From: an uncultured Candidatus Rokubacteria bacterium
GTDB lineage: Bacteria > Methylomirabilota > Methylomirabilia > Rokubacteriales > CSP1-6
DNA: 64,000 bases
NCBI GenBank assembly: GCA_963754315.1
Contig: CAVWFS010000016.1
Span: forward strand, 64,001-128,000
Direction of reading: 5' to 3'
In this document: in pieces, positions 63,041 through 64,000 of the stretch
Position numbering within the stretch: position 1 is the stretch's first letter
Layout: the number at the start of each line of letters is the position of its first letter
Made by a program: the position numbers and the translations under genes
Notes under the pieces: model-generated
The model's input: the letters and a program-made list of their open reading frames with translations, nothing else
Databases searched by the model: none
What the model was told of the DNA's origin: nothing

Positions 63041-64000
63041 TCAGCTCAGGTAGGGAATGATGTCCCGTCCATACGTTTCCAATGTGGAGAAGTGGAACTC
63101 CGGCTCAACGATCCCGAGGTAGAGACACACGTGGGTGACGCCGGCCGCCGCCAGGCGCCCGATCTTGTCGCGCACCTGTTCGGCGGTCCCGATCAGGGTC
63201 AGGCGATCGGCCATGTCGTCGGTGACGGCCCTCGTGTGCGGGGCGTCGGGCTGGCCGTGCCGGAGATAGTCATAGCCTGCGACACCCTGCATGCCCTCCA
63301 CTAGCTCTGACGGCAACTCGGAAGGCTGATAGTGGCGCAGGAGATCCTTGACGTGGTTGGACACGGTTGCGGGGAAACCGCGCACGCGCGCGAGCGCTCG
63401 CTCGCGGTCGCCCGAGATATAGGTGGGAGCCGCGGCCACGACCTGGAAACCGTCTAGCCGTCGGCCGGCCGCGGCCGCCCCCCGGCGCGTGTGGCCGAGC
63501 GCCCACTCCACCACCTTGGGTGAGGCCAGTTGCAGAATCAGCCCGTCGGCCTCGCCTCCTGCCAGCTCGAGCACGCGCGGACCGTAAGCAGCCAGCAGCA
63601 CCGGCACCGATCGCGTGAGCCAGGCGAAACGGACGCGGGTGCCATTCACCACCGCCTCCTCGCCGCGGCACAGGGTGCGTGTCAGTCGGAGAGTGTCGCG
63701 AAACTCGGCGACTTTCATCGGAGCCAGCCCGAGAGTGCGCACGGCGCTGTCGCCTCGGCCGATACCCAGCACCGCACGTCCTTCGAAGAGCTCGGCAATG
63801 GTGGCGAGTGCGCTGGCCACGACGGTGGGATGACGCGTCACCGGGTTGGCGACCAGTGGGCCCACCCGCATGCGCGTCGTCGCGAGCGCGGCCGCGGTGA
63901 GATAGGGCCCCACCTCGTGCCAGATGAGGTGCGAATCGCCGAACCAGACGTGGTCGAAGCCCACGTCCTCGGCCACTTTCAGGCACGCCAGCATATGCGG
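63041..64000 (-). CDS. LLM-class F420-dependent oxidoreductase (CPS_4043/TIGR03842-like), 5' end outside window
   Basis: WFGDSHLIW, GIGRGDSAVR, AAYGP, YDY..HG. Confidence 0.8.
   Translation of the reverse strand, partial: PHMLACLKVAEDVGFDHVWFGDSHLIWHEVGPYLTAAALATTRMRVGPLVANPVTRHPTVVASALATIAELFEGRAVLGIGRGDSAVRTLGLAPMKVAEFRDTLRLTRTLCRGEEAVVNGTRVRFAWLTRSVPVLLAAYGPRVLELAGGEADGLILQLASPKVVEWALGHTRRGAAAAGRRLDGFQVVAAAPTYISGDRERALARVRGFPATVSNHVKDLLRHYQPSELPSELVEGMQGVAGYDYLRHGQPDAPHTRAVTDDMADRLTLIGTAEQVRDKIGRLAAAGVTHVCLYLGIVEPEFHFSTLETYGRDIIPYLS

Overview
High-GC bacterial chromosome segment. Its gene content (many LLM/F420-type oxidoreductases, ABC solute-binding proteins, AAA-TPR regulators, dense toxin-antitoxin modules) resembles Candidatus Rokubacteria/Methylomirabilota; this taxonomy is inference. 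It holds about 65 genes or gene fragments: catabolic enzymes, four ABC transporter clusters plus several orphan binding proteins, PhoX, Bcp, a LigC/Prim-Pol DNA-repair pair and seven toxin-antitoxin loci. About 15 genes carry single-base frameshifts, probably long-read errors, and two zones (5.6-9 kb, 46.3-50.3 kb) are mosaics of truncated genes. The strongest hidden signal is a selenoprotein that the ORF track splits in two: 4280..4813 reads GIGD-TGA-GSCSSC (UGSC, a UxxC motif) with a perfect SECIS-like hairpin just after the TGA, and it is translationally coupled to an uncharacterised partner gene. Also seen are a recurring leaderless-promoter layout (a -10 box 5-6 nt before the start codon, no SD) and a DtxR/MntR-like palindrome before a DUF6607-like gene. 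No rRNA, tRNA, CRISPR array or intact transposase was recognised. Family assignments come from motif recognition, not database searches.
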